64,000 bases of DNA from Torpedo marmorata (taxonomy: Eukaryota), in the NCBI GenBank assembly GCA_977017645.1, contig OZ360220.1, positions 317,688,001 to 317,752,000 of the forward strand, written 5' to 3'. The translations under genes and the position numbers were made by a program. Positions 51,821 through 64,000 of the stretch are shown here, piece by piece. The notes under the pieces are model-generated. The model saw nothing but the letters and a program-made list of their open reading frames with translations. It searched no databases and was not told the origin of the DNA. Within the stretch, counting starts at the first letter, position 1. Each line of letters opens with the position of its first letter.

Positions 51821-53462
51821 TGTATTAAAATGAATGTCTTTCCAAGAATTCAATATCTTTTTCAATCAATTCCTTATGAAATTCCTCAGAAATTCTTTAA
51901 AGATTTAAATTTAATTATTAGGAAATTTTTGTGGAAAGGAAAGTTAGCTAGAGTAGGTATGGAGAAATTAACCTGGGATTATGAAATGGGTGGTTTACAA
52001 CTTCCTAATTTTCAAAATTATTATAAAGTAGATCAATTAAAATTTATTAATGAAATGTTTGATTCAGGAAAATCTTCTGCTTGGATTAGAGTAGAATTAA
52101 ATAATATAGGAGAAGATTTGAAAGAAGAAGTTATTTATAAATGGAATTCTAAATTATTATTAACAAGAGGGAAAAATTCTCCTATTTTTAAAGATTTGTT
52201 GGAAATATGGAATAGAGTGGATAAGGAGATAGGAGGGAAAGGGTTAATTTCTCGAAAAATGCAAAATATCAATATAAACTTATTCAATTTACTGTTGATA
52301 ATCAATTATTTAAAATTTGGTTCCAAAAGGGAATTAAGAAAATAAATGATTGTTTTGAAGCTGTTAAATTTATTACTTTTCAAAGAATGAAAGAAAAGTT
52401 TAATGTATTAAACAATACACTTTTTGCTTATTATCAAATCAGAGCATTTTTAGTTGAAAGGTTGGGTTATAGTTTGACTTTACCAAGACAAAGTGAACTG
52501 GAATTATTAGTTACTAATGGAGGTGTAAATACATTTATTTCTCAAATGTATAGATTGTTACAGAGAAAAATGCCTAAATTAGGAATTCACAAATCAAGAT
52601 TAAAATGGGAATCAGATCTGAATGTAACAATAGACGAAGAACATTGGAAAGACTTATGTAAACAAAGTATGACGAAGATTATAAACGTTAGATATAGACT
52701 AGTGCAATATAATTTTTTTCATCAATTATATTTAACACCTAAAAAATTAAAGAAATTTAATCCGACATTACCTGGTTTATGTTTTAGATGTAATAGAGAG
52801 GAAGGTTCTTTTGTACATTCTACTTCGCTTTGTCCAAAGATATATGATTTTTGGTTGAAATTTAAAAAGTTTTTGGACAAAGTATTAAGAATTACACTCC
52901 CAATGGACCCTATGATATTTTTGTTTGGAGATATTAAAAGAATTAGTATTAAGATGAAATTAAATATGTATCAAATAGAATTTTTGAGAATTGCTTTAGC
53001 TGTTTCTAAGAAATGCATTGCTATTACATGGAAATCTGATGTAGATTTAGGGTTAGAAAGATGGCATGCAGAACTTCGTTCATGTATACCACTTGAAAAA
53101 ATTACTTATAATTTACGTAATAAATATCATTTATTTTTGAAAATATGGAGCCAATATATAAAAACTGTTGGTTTAAGGATTTGACGATCTCTGGATATCA
53201 GATCTGACTGGCGAACCTGTGTTCCACAATAAAATTAGCTTATAGTTGTTCTTTTTTAGATTGACATTCTCCTTATTTTATCTTGTTCTTTCTTTCTTTT
53301 CTATTTTAGTAGATTAGTAGGGGTGGGAGGGTTAGGGAGGGGAGGGAGGGTGGGGGGGGTGAAAATGTATCACATGTATTTTGATAATTTTGCATTTTAT
53401 ACTATGTATTGTGTGATTTAAAAATTTTAAATAAAATATTTTTAAAAATAAAATAAAAATAA
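51821..53462 (+). mobile_element. L1 family A inserted in CR1 ORF1
   Basis: ORFs 51812-52345 and 52387-53184; 15-bp TSD aaggaattggagctg at 51806-51820 and 53463-53477. Confidence 0.94.
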
Positions 53463-56400
53463 AAGGAATTGGAGCTGGAATTGGATGAACTCCGGATCAT
53501 TCGGGAGGCAGAGGGTGTGATTGACAGGAGTTACAGGGACACTATCACACCTAGGAGGCAGGAGGAGGGTAGATGGGTAACGGATAGGAGAGGGAAAGGG
53601 AACAGGTTGGCAGTGCAGGGCACCCCTGTGGGCGTTCCCCTGAATAACAAGTATACCATTTTGGATACTGTTGAGGGGGACGACCTACCAGGCAAAAGCC
53701 ACTAAAATCAGGTCTCTGGCACGGAGTCTGGTCCTGTGGCTAAGAAGGGAAGGGAGGAGAAGAGGTGAGGTGTAGTGATAGGGGATTCCATAGTTAGGGG
53801 ACAGATAAGAGGTTCTGTGGAGATCGAGTATCCTGGATGGTATGTTGCCTCCCTGGTGCCAGGGTCCGAGATATCTCAGAACGAGTTCACGGCATTCTCA
53901 GGAGGGAGGGTGAGCAGCCAGATGTTGTGGTCCATGTAGGGACCAATGATGTGGGTAGGAAGGGTGAGGAGGTCCTGCAAGGAGAGTTCAGCGAGTTAGG
54001 CACTAGGTTGAAGGAAAGGACTTCCAGGGTAGTGATCTCAGGATTGCTCCCCGTGCCACGTGCTGGTGAGGTTAGAAATAGGAGGATAATGCAGTTTAAC
54101 ATGTGGCTAAAGACATGGTGTAGGAGTGAGGGCTTCAGGTTTCTAGATAATTGGGCTCTCTTCCAGGGAAGGTGGGACCTGTTCCGACGGGACGGTTTGC
54201 ATCTGAACTGGAGAGGGACTAATATCCTTGCGGATAGGTTTGCTAGTGCTGCTCCGGTGGGTTTAAAGTAGATTTGCAGGGGGAGGCGAACCAGAGTGCC
54301 AGAACAGATGGAGGAGTGGAGGAGGGAAAAGATGATGTTAAAATTGCATGCACCGTTAGAAGTCAACGTGGTGGAAATGTTCTCAGATGCATCTATTTCA
54401 ATGCAAGGAGTATTGTAGGAAAGGCAAACGAGCTTAGAGCGTGGATTGGCACATGGAATTATGACATTTTGGCCATTAGTGAAACTTGGTTGCAGGAGGG
54501 GCACGACTGGCATCTCAATGTTCCGGGTTTCCGTTGTTTTAGACGCGATAGAACGGGGGGGGGACGAAAGGGGGAGGAGTGGCATTGCTAGTCATGAAAA
54601 ATATCACAGCGGTGCTCAGGCAGGACGGACCAGAGGGCTCGTCTACTGAGGCTATACGGGTGGAGCTGAGGAATGGAAAAGGTATGACCACACTCATGGG
54701 GTTGTATTATAGACCGCCCAATAGTCAGCAAGAATTGGAGGAGCAAATCTGTAGATAGCAGACAGCTGCAGAAAACATAAAGTTGTGATAGTAGGTGATT
54801 TTAAGTTTCCACATATTGACTGGGACTCCCATACTGTAAAAGGACTGGATGGCTTGGAGTTTGTCAAATGTGTTCAGGAAAGTTTTCTAAACCAATATAT
54901 AGAGGTACCAACTAGAGAGGGTGCAATACTGGATCTCCTATTAGGGAACGAGACAGGACAGGTGACAGAGGTATGTGTAGGGGAACATTTTGGGTCCAGT
55001 GATCATAATGCCATTAGTTTCGTTAATTATGGAGAAGGATAGGTCTGGGACTCGGGTTGAGTTTCTAAATTAGAGAAAGGCTAAATTTGAGGAAATGAGA
55101 AAGGATCTAGAATGCATGGATTGGGATAAGTTGTTTTCCGGCAAGGATGTGCGAGGTAAGTGGAGGACCTTCAAAGGTGAAATTTTGAGAGTACAGAGTT
55201 TGTATGTTCCTGTCAGGATCAAAGGCAAGGTTAGCAGGTATAGGAATCCTTGGTTTTCGAGGGATATTGGGGATCTGGTTCGGAAGAAGAGAGAGGTGTA
55301 CAACAGGTATAGGCAACATGGAGCAAATGAGGTACTTGAGGAGTATAAAAAATGCAAGAAAAATCTCAAGAAAGAAATCAGGAAGGCTAAAAGAAGACAT
55401 GAGGTTGTTTTGGCAGACAATGTGAAGGAAAATCCTAAGGGTTTCTACTGGTATATTAAGAGCAAAAGGATAGTAAGGGACAAAATTGGTCCGCTTGAAG
55501 ATCAGAGTGGTCGGCTTTGTATGGAGCCACAAGAGATGGGGGAGACCTTTAATGGTTTTTTTTCCTCAGTATTCACTCAGGAAAAGGGCATAGAGTCGTG
55601 GGAAGTAAGGAAAACAAGCAGTGAGGTCATGGAACCTATACAGATTAAAGAGGAGGAAGTGCTTGCTGTCTTAAAGCGAATAAGGGTAGATAAATCCCCA
55701 GGGCCTGACAAGATATTCCCTCGGACCTTGAGGGAGGCTAGTGTAGAAATCGCTGGGGCTCTGACAGAAATATTTAGAATGTCCTTAGCCACGGGTGTGG
55801 TGCCGGAGGATTGGAGGATAGCTCACGTTGTTCCGTTGTTTAAAAAAGGCTCCAAAAGTAACCCTGGAAATTATAGGCCTGTGAGCCTGATGTCAGTAGT
55901 AGGTAAATTATTGAAAGGTGTTCTAAGAGATCGGATATACAATTATTTGGATAGGCAGGGACTGATTAGGGATAGTCAACATGGCTTTATGTGTGGCAGA
56001 TCGTGTTTAACCAATTTTATAGAGTTTTTCGAGGAGGTTACCAGGAAAGTTGACGAAGGAAAGGCTGTGGATGTTGTCTACATGGACTTTAGTAAGGCCT
56101 TTGACAAGGTCCTGCATGGGAGGTTAGTCCGGAAGGTTCAGACGCTAGGTATTCATGGTGAAGTAGTGAACTGGATTTGACAATGGCTGGACGGGAGAAG
56201 CCAGAGAGTAGTGGTGGATGATTGCTTCTCAGATTGGAGGCCTGTGACTAGTGGTGTGCCTCAGGGATCGGTACTGGTACCATTGTTGTTTGTCATCTAT
56301 GTCAATGATCTGGATGATAATGTGGTAAATTGGATCAGCAAGTTTGCAGATGACACTAAGATTAGAGGTGTTGTGGACAGCGAAGAAGGTTTTCAAAGCT

Positions 56401-58584
56401 TACAGAGGGATCTGGACCAGCTGGAAAAATGGGCTGAAAAATGAAATGCAGACAAGTGTGAGGTTTTGCATTTTGGAAGGATAAACCAAGAAAGGACATA
56501 CACGGTAAATGGTCGGGCACTGAGGAGTGTGGTAGAATAGGGGGATCTGGGAATACAGATACATAATTCCCTGAAAGTGGCATCACATGTGGATAGGGTT
56601 GTAAAGAGAGCTTTTGGCATTTTGGCCTTCATAAATCAAAGTATTGAGTACAGGAGTTGGGATGTTATGTTAAAGTTGTATAAGACACTGGTGAGGCCAA
56701 TTTTGGAGTATTGTGTGCAGTTTTGGTCGCCTAACTACAGGAAGGATATCAATAAGATAGAGAGAGTGCAGAGAAGATTTACTAGGATGTTGCCCGGACT
56801 TCAGGGACTGAGTTACAGGGAAAGGTTAAACAGGTTAGGACATTATTCCTTGGAGCGTAGAAGAATGAGGGGAGATTTGATAGAGGTATTTAAAATTATG
56901 AGGGGGATAGACAGAGTAAATGTAGATTGGCTTTTTCCACTGAGGGTCGGTGAGATTCAAACAAGAGGATGAAAGGGTGAAAGGGGAAAAGTTTAGGGGG
57001 AACGTGAGGGGGAACTTCTTCACACAGAGAGTGGTGGGAGTGTGGAACGAGCTTCCAGCTGAAGTGGTAGATGCAGGCTCGTTTTTAACATTTAAGGGGA
57101 ATTTGGACAGGTATATGGATGGGAGAGGTATGGAGGGCTCTGGATTGAGTGCAGGTCAGTGGGACTAGGCAAGAAAAAGTGGTTCGGCACAGACTCGAGG
57201 GGCCGAAGTGGCCTGTTTCTGTGCTGTAATTGTTCTATGGTTCTAACCTACAAAACTGCACTTATATTTCCTCAGCACAAGTGAAAATGAAATGCTACAT
57301 AAAGAAGAGAGTCTAATGGAAACATCCTGCCACAATTAGCACCTTCAGTCAAGAAGGAGTAACTGGGGTGGGTAAGTGGTGGAAATCCACTCACAATCAT
57401 TTAGGGATCCCATAATTTTGTAAATCCTCTTGATCTCAGTGCAAATTGTCATGGAATTAACTTTAATCATTTAGGAAAGGATGGTCTGTCTCAAGTGGGA
57501 AAGGGAGAAGAAATCATTCACAGATCGTGGCTGAAATTTACAGCTCCCATTGCAAACCACTTAGAGAGTTTGATCATTTCAAATCTAAAAGTAACAAGTT
57601 GAAAAAAAATCTATCTTTCAGTACAAAAGAATGGAATTCATAAACACAGTATTTTTTTTTTCAGAGAAACAGGTTCTATCTGCCATGCACATTAACAGTT
57701 TAGATTTCCCCAGAACATACTCATTGTGCAATTATAACCTCAGAGGTAATGAGGAAGAAACTAGTGATGCATTGTATCATAATTTCTAAATGTTACAGGC
57801 TTCCATAAAGAGCCTGAGTTGTTCAATTAGCATAGCACAGGTTGTACTCAGGAGACCAAAGTGTCGACATTTTCTTACAACTGAATGCATTTTACTGAAA
57901 GCCAGTTATTTTCGATTCTGCAGGTGTGCTGCTTTGAATAGGAATGTTATACAAATTGTGTGCTTAGAGATTTTTCTGTTTTAATGCACTGACAACATGA
58001 TAATTATGAAATGTTTCAGATGAATTCTGCTTATGCTTTCTCTTCACACCTATTTAGAAGTATCACGTCACATCTCTCATGAGATCCCAGCGATCTTCAT
58101 ATACATTGAACTGCAGTAGAATTGCTATTGCAGTCCTTAATACAGGAAAATACAGGAATATTTTGCCCAGAGCATGACTCCATAATGGATGAGCAATTAA
58201 TTGGTCAACCTGCCCTTGGGGATGTTAGTGACAGGAAGCGGGATATCAACATACAACAATCCACGCCCACCTGAATAGGGAGGCAATGCAACTCACTGAA
58301 AATATTGCACTTCCCGCACTACAGCAGTGGTTCAGTGACTGTAGAATAGTTCCACCACAGAGATAATGTTATATATATTTTTTTATAGTTTCTAGATCCA
58401 GAAACTCAAGTTATAGTCAGATATCACTCAACTCCTGTGGTTCTGCCAGAGTCCAGAGTAACTTCCAAATTAGTCCCCCTTTCCTACTTTAAAGCAAGGG
58501 ATCTGCAGCTCTCCCTCATTTATCCAGCTAGTTTTCTGCCTTTACCATCAACCTCTGCCAGTGGCTCTCACAGAACTCTCACAG

Positions 58585-58872
58585 GGGTGGCACAGATTTG
58601 CGTAGCGGATAGCGCAACGCTGTTACAGCGCCAGTGACTTGGGTTTGAATCCAGCGCTGTCTGTAAGGAGTTTGTATGTTCTCCCCGTGTCTGTGTGGGT
58701 TTCCTCCAGGCGCACCAGTTTCCTCCAGGCGCACCAGTTTCCTCCCACCATTCGAAAGCTTACCGGGGGGGTTGTAGGTCAATTGGGTGAAATTGGGCGG
58801 CATGGGCTCATGGACCGAAAGGGCCTGTTACTGTGCTGTATGTCTAAAAAAATTTGTAAATTTAAAAAAAAA
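58585..58872 (+). mobile_element. tRNA-derived SINE with a small internal duplication
   Basis: same family as 37868; gtttcctccaggcgcacca occurs twice near 58699-58737. Confidence 0.88.
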
Positions 58873-59095
58873 ACTGTTACATGGCCAAATTTCAAGGTGA
58901 AATATGGATTTTCAAAAATGGCCTTTAGATCTTAATAGTGAAGATATTAAAATATGGTTGTCAATTTGGTCAGCATGAACAAGTTGGGCTGAAGGTCCTG
59001 TTTCCATGCTGTATAACTCAAAGACCAATATTGAATATCTGAAATAAAAATTGCTGCAGATCTTTAGTAAATCTGGCAGAAATTGTTTAGAATAC

Positions 59096-59196
59096 CTTCC
59101 AATGTTGCCCATAAACCAAAATGTTTCTCTTGGCAATGTCCACTCTGTCCCATGCTAGTGCCAAACTTAGCTGGTCTGATGCAGAAGCATTTGTAC
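59096..59196 (-). CDS. TRPM6: TRPM6 coding exon (101 bp)
   Basis: aag|GT ACA AAT...TGG AAG|gtattc; [34 protein letters not shown] (TRPM WDRVDIA motif). Confidence 0.95.
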
Positions 59197-59280
59197 CTTC
59201 AGAAAACAAAATAAATGTTACTTTAGGATATCATGGGATTGGGGACATTGCGTTTCAAGAAATTTATGAATCATTAATAC

Positions 59281-59353
59281 CTTTGAGAAGAGCGGTTAAG
59301 ATCGCCAAGTCAATGTCCTGCTGCTCTTCTGATTCTGCATCAAAAATTGTAAT
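59281..59353 (-). CDS. TRPM6: TRPM6 coding exon (73 bp)
   Basis: cag|ATT ACA...CTC AAA G|gtatta; [24 protein letters not shown]; phase 0 in, phase 1 out. Confidence 0.93.
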
Positions 59354-59409
59354 CTGTGTTCACAAAAGACAGAGCTGTTATCCTTTCATCCATAAACTTA
59401 ATAAATTTA

Positions 59410-59940
59410 ATTGATGTTGAGGCTTTATAAGGCACTGGTAAGACCTCACGGAGTATTGTGAGCAGTTTTGGGCTCCTCATTTAAGAAGGGATGTACTGAC
59501 GTAGGAGAGGGTTCAAAGGAGGTTCACTACGATGTATTTGTTGGAATTTAGGAGAATGAGAAGGGATCCCATTGAAACATTTTGAATGTTGAAAGGCATG
59601 GCCAGAGTAGATGTAGAAAGTTTGTTTCCCATGGTGAAAGAGTCTAGAACAAGAGGGCACAACTTCAGGATTAAATGGTGTCTGCTTAAAACAGAGATGC
59701 ATTGGAACTTCTTCAGCCAGAGGGTGGTAAATCAGTGGAATTTGTTGCCACAGGCAGTTGTGGAGGCCAGGTCATTGGGTGTATTTAAGGCTCTTGTTTA
59801 TTCATGACATCAAAGGTTATGGGGAGAAGGCCAGGCAGTGGGGCTGAGTGGGGAAATGGATCAGCTCATGATTGAATAGCAGGGCAGACTCAATGGGCTG
59901 AATGGCCTATTTCTGCTCCTATGTCATGGTCTTGTGATCT
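59410..59940 (+). mobile_element. Degenerate CR1 3' end
   Basis: RTRGHNFRI, FFSQRVVN; lies about 55 bp from a TRPM6 acceptor. Confidence 0.8.
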
Positions 59941-61515
59941 AAATCTAATAATTTCCTTCCCTTTTGAAGCTATTTTGTTCCCAACCATTCCTTTTCCAAC
60001 TACTTCTTCTGCTTAATTACTGTCATTCTCCCTTTCTCTCTAGGTCGGATGTAGTTTTTCAGGGTACAGCTTGTCATTCTTATTGGCAGAACCTTGACAA
60101 TGAATGATGACAATTATTTGATAAAATGAGATCAAGGTGAAATAATCGGTCACTATCAGAAGCTGAACAGAAAATAACAATTTGGTTGGCTCACAGGAGC
60201 ATAAGCAGACCACTGTCTCCCTCAAATATGTCCAAATGTTCTATTAAACATTGGCTGTCCAGTTCTCAGTTCTGTTTACTGACCTTTAAACTTTATCCCT
60301 TGATAACTATCAGTAAAAAAAAAAACTCACTGCAAGTCTTGACATTTCAATTAACGCAGCCTCCACACCCTTCACGGGGAGAGAATTCCACATTCTTTTT
60401 TGCTCTTTGTCTGATTTTTTTTATCAGGCTTGAATGGCCTACATCTAATTTTACAATCACGCTCCCACTTCTTGATATCTCCACTGTGGGACATTCGTTT
60501 TTAAATCTCCACTTCATAAACTTTATTTTTTGCACCTCAGTAAATTAAATAAATTCAAAACTGAAATGAATATTAGAGGTAATCTGTTTCACAATCTGAT
60601 GCTATTGTTCTCCGAGCGTAATTCACCCCTCCGGGAATGTGGGGCCTGTATAACTCTCTTGCCCTCTCCTCTGTAGTTATTTTTCTGATGACTACTTGGT
60701 TGTAAATTCAGAGGATGTTTTAATTTCACATGTCAGGATGTTTTGCAACTCAAATATTTTTGTTTACCTTATGCCGCATTTTAATATCTTTTCAAAAATA
60801 AAATATGCTCAGTTGTTCGAATAATCCATATAACCCATGCATGTACTTAATGATAAACTAAAAATAGTTTTAGTCATAAAATGTTGGTGTTTGCTTTAGC
60901 ACCTCCTCTGACTGCTTTATTTCAATCCATTTAATATTTTAGGGACTATTAATGTAATAAAAAACAGTATTTAATCATCAATCAAATCAGAGGATACACA
61001 TTTTTAAGAACAGGAGGATTGCTTGTCAGCAGCAGAAGACATTGGAACTCCTACCAATAGGACAAGCTGCCACCATGTCTGGATGCAGGCAAGATGTTTT
61101 ACTAGTGGAGGCCATTGATGCAGTTTTATCAACCTTATGCCTGTAGAAATCTCCTCGACACGTTAAGTACCAGCCTGTGATCACAGGTCAAAACTTATCA
61201 AACAACTAAACATCGATGAACTTGAACATATGGAATTATTTATTTCTTATTCACTAAAACTGTGGAATCCACCATGCCATAAAATTCTTCTTTCCTTTCC
61301 TGTCATTTCTTCTTTCAATGACAAAATAGAAAAAATTATCATGATTCACCTTTTATTAATGATTAAAAACCTCATCCATAAAAGTATGAACTGAAACCAC
61401 TTTTTTAATACAACTGTTTAACCTGCATGGTATTGAAACACTGCAAGAATATCTTCATGGGGTCTTGGGGAAAACCTATTACCCATTTTTTCACAGCTAA
61501 ATTAAACATACTCAC

Positions 61516-61639
61516 CGATTCTCTATGCTCCATACATTCCATAAGAATTTTAAATAAGTGATCAGATTGCTTTTGTCCAAAATTAAACGTCTTCTGGATC
61601 ATTTCTATTAATTCAATTTCCAAGCCCGGATACAATTTC
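61516..61639 (-). CDS. TRPM6: TRPM6 coding exon (124 bp, probably orthologous to human exon 9)
   Basis: tag|G AAA TTG TAT...GAA TCG|gtgagt; encodes KLYPGLEIELIEMIQKTFNFGQKQSDHLFKILMECMEHRES, resembling recalled TRPM6 [24 protein letters not shown]. Confidence 0.9.
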
Positions 61640-63074
61640 CTATCATAAATGAAAATTATGTTTGAATAACAGATGAAAATTAGATCAGTGCTATATAAAT
61701 AAAACTTCTTGTTTTATTCAATTCAGATAGGCTGAAGTCTTGAAACATCAAGATCTTCATAGAAGGTGCACATGCTCTCATTCTGGAAATTGTGAGCAGC
61801 ATTCTTTAATAAATGGAAGATTGTCAGCTCTGGGCCCCAAGGTTCCCCACTAGAACTATATAATCATACATGGCCCTGAAACCTGCGTACTTTGCCTTGG
61901 AAGCTACTTCATCAAAGGCATTTGTACGGGAGCGAAATGTTCTCTTCCACAGAAAGCCAGGACGACCTCCAATTAAATTGCAAAGATACTTGGGAGAAGA
62001 AATCTGTGGTGGTCGATACCAGCAGTCAGCCCTGAATGATCGAGATACAGCATAAAAAAAATTCTCAAATGTGGGTGCAGGTCAGTGAATGCATCCTTAA
62101 ATGCCATCAGTTACACCAATGGCCTCAGACATTGCTCAAGGTGCTACATCTCCATAAGTCACTTGCTGTCTCAGTCAATCAGGACTCTCACCTAATATTC
62201 ATACATTCCAACTCATTGGAAGCGCACAACAACATCTCAGAGCCTGCACAGATGGTCAGCTATTTAGTCAGACAGGCACATGACAAACACTAAAATACAC
62301 GCAATTCTCTTGCAAGTAACATACCACGACATGCAGCAGGAGCTAAACAAATAGGAAGAGACACAGCTCTATCACTTTATTCCAATAGAAGAGGTGCTGT
62401 TCACCACTGTAGGAACAGCAATTCTTTAGGCCCTAAGCCAGTAGCATGGTGAAAACTACAGACAAGACAATGCACATAACCAATCCTCCTCCTCCTCATC
62501 TCACAGCCTTTCTATCTTGCAGCATGCAGATAGTGTAGCTGTGCTCTTCATCCTCTCATCACAAACTACCCTTATGCTGGGGGCTTTGGGGGATCTGAGG
62601 GTTCTTTGTTGTTTTCCCTTTCGAAGTGAGCATAGAAGGCATTGAGCTTGTCCATAAATGAATGATGCTGCCTTGTTTCGCCTTATAGGATGTGATGGTG
62701 TATGCAAGCCCTGCCACAGCTGTCAACCATCCGACTGAGACTCCAGTGGAGGAGGCAGAGGACAGACGATCGCTGTGGGAACAGATGAGGGGGGGCTGGC
62801 TTAAACTGGCTGGAAACCGGAGCCCAAGATGGACATTGCAGAGTGCAGGTTCCCCCTTTTCTCCTCCTGCTTCCATGTAGGTGTAGTACTTTTATCATTT
62901 GGTTCTGATGTGTTTTGTCTCTATTCCCTTATGTTCAATCTAGCATTGATCATCAAATTCTGTGGCAAGACGAAGGATTTGAATGAAGGAATGTGACACG
63001 TGAAATGAAACTATGAGAACATTTCAAGGGAGCAGAAATCTTATCTTGGCTGATCTGGTGAGCTCATTGAACAC

Positions 63075-63935
63075 TTCAAGATTCAAGATTCAATTTATTC
63101 TCATAGTAATAAGACAGTGTCATATTCCATGAAATTTCTTTTTGCCTGCTGCAAGGCAGACAGATTCGCCACCGGCAGAAATTGCCTAAGCGCCTCTTAC
63201 ATTCCTTACAGTCAGAGAAAGAGAAGCAAAAGAGAGTCCCCCCAGAGTCACCGAGTGTCCGTAGATTCGCCTCCAGCGCTTCCGCAGCCACACAGAGTCC
63301 AGTCCAAACCATCGGCATCCCGAGCTCCAGATCCGAACCTCCAACATGGTCAGGTCACCCTCGGCACCCCCTCTCATCCCAGTTCCGATACCTGGTACTC
63401 CTCCAGCCAGTTCGAGCCAGCCTCCAGCAGTATGCAGCCCGGTGTGAGTCCCCCAACAGCAGTCTCCAGCAGCCCACAGCCTCCGCGGGTTCCTCGCCTC
63501 GAGTCGCCAGCAGCCCGCTGCATGCACTGGTCCTTCAGCCTCAGATCTCCTCACCGGTTCGCCGCCGTGGTTACCGTCCCGTGGGTCGTCTCCTCCGCTT
63601 CTCCTTCTCAGACAGGGGATGGGGGGGTGATCTTTCCGTCCTCTGGTGCCCTGCTCCAGTCCTCCGCTTCCCCGGAATCTGCAGCCCCTCGTGGCTGCTG
63701 TCGGTTAAAAGGCGCTGCCATCTTGGGCGCAGACCCCGCGGTCACGGGATCTCATATAAAACCACCGTCGGCTCCTTTAACGGGCCGTTCAAAGCCCGTG
63801 CGGAACCGATGGCAGTCAACTGGGCGGCTGGACCCCGCGGGAGCGCTGCATCTCTGCTCCCACACTCCCTGCGGGTCTGCACCAGCGGCAGCGCTGCCGC
63901 TACAGCGGCTCCGGCAGCGGCATCATTTCGATCAC
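63075..63935 (-). mobile_element. GC-rich non-coding retroposon, longer copy
   Basis: (tcttgaa)n tail and AATAAA on the minus strand; paralogous to 4300-5050; 5' boundary uncertain. Confidence 0.72.
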
Positions 63936-64000
63936 TATCACAGCCACTCTTTGTCAAAGGAGGTACCAATCACAACCACCCTTCGTTGAAGTGAACACAT

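Larger units (their letters stand above)
51440..57245 (+). mobile_element. Near full-length CR1 LINE (5' UTR, ORF1 zinc finger plus SGNH esterase, ORF2 EN and RT), degenerate
   Basis: ORF1 ATG at 51673 (CSSC...CEKC); VVHVGTND and DGLHL at 53837-54271; EN (YFNARS, ISETW, GDF, SDH); RT to 57168; ttctatggttcta tail. Confidence 0.93.

Noticed and set aside
63117-63994. 290-aa and 270-aa ORFs as novel proteins
   Set aside because: Low-complexity translations of a GC-rich repeat; the frames are broken differently in the paralogue at 4300-5050.

Overview
Vertebrate genomic DNA, most likely a cartilaginous fish (elasmobranch), inferred from HE1/V-SINE-like SINEs and abundant CR1, L1, Rex1 and Penelope-like repeats. 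The only host gene is TRPM6 (channel-kinase) on the minus strand, seen as seven phase-compatible GT-AG coding exons (61516-61639, 59281-59353, 59096-59196, 48415-48549, 44312-44365, 42276-42416, 3124-3369) from the cytosolic N-terminal region. Almost all long ORFs belong to transposable elements, many nested and delimited by readable target-site duplications (TSDs): a two-LTR Gmr1-type Gypsy element, a solo LTR, a near full-length CR1, several L1, Rex1 LINEs, SINEs and DNA-transposon MITEs. Highlights: (1) a TA-flanked non-autonomous TIR transposon (863-1769) carrying a captured 5' piece of DMRT1 (start codon to the first part of the DM domain); (2) a Penelope-like fragment inserted in frame inside a TRPM6 coding exon with a 14-bp TSD, adding 37 codons; (3) an L1 3' transduction; (4) a MITE with a 52-bp internal hairpin. 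Gene and family names come from remembered motifs, not database searches; repeat boundaries without a TSD are approximate.
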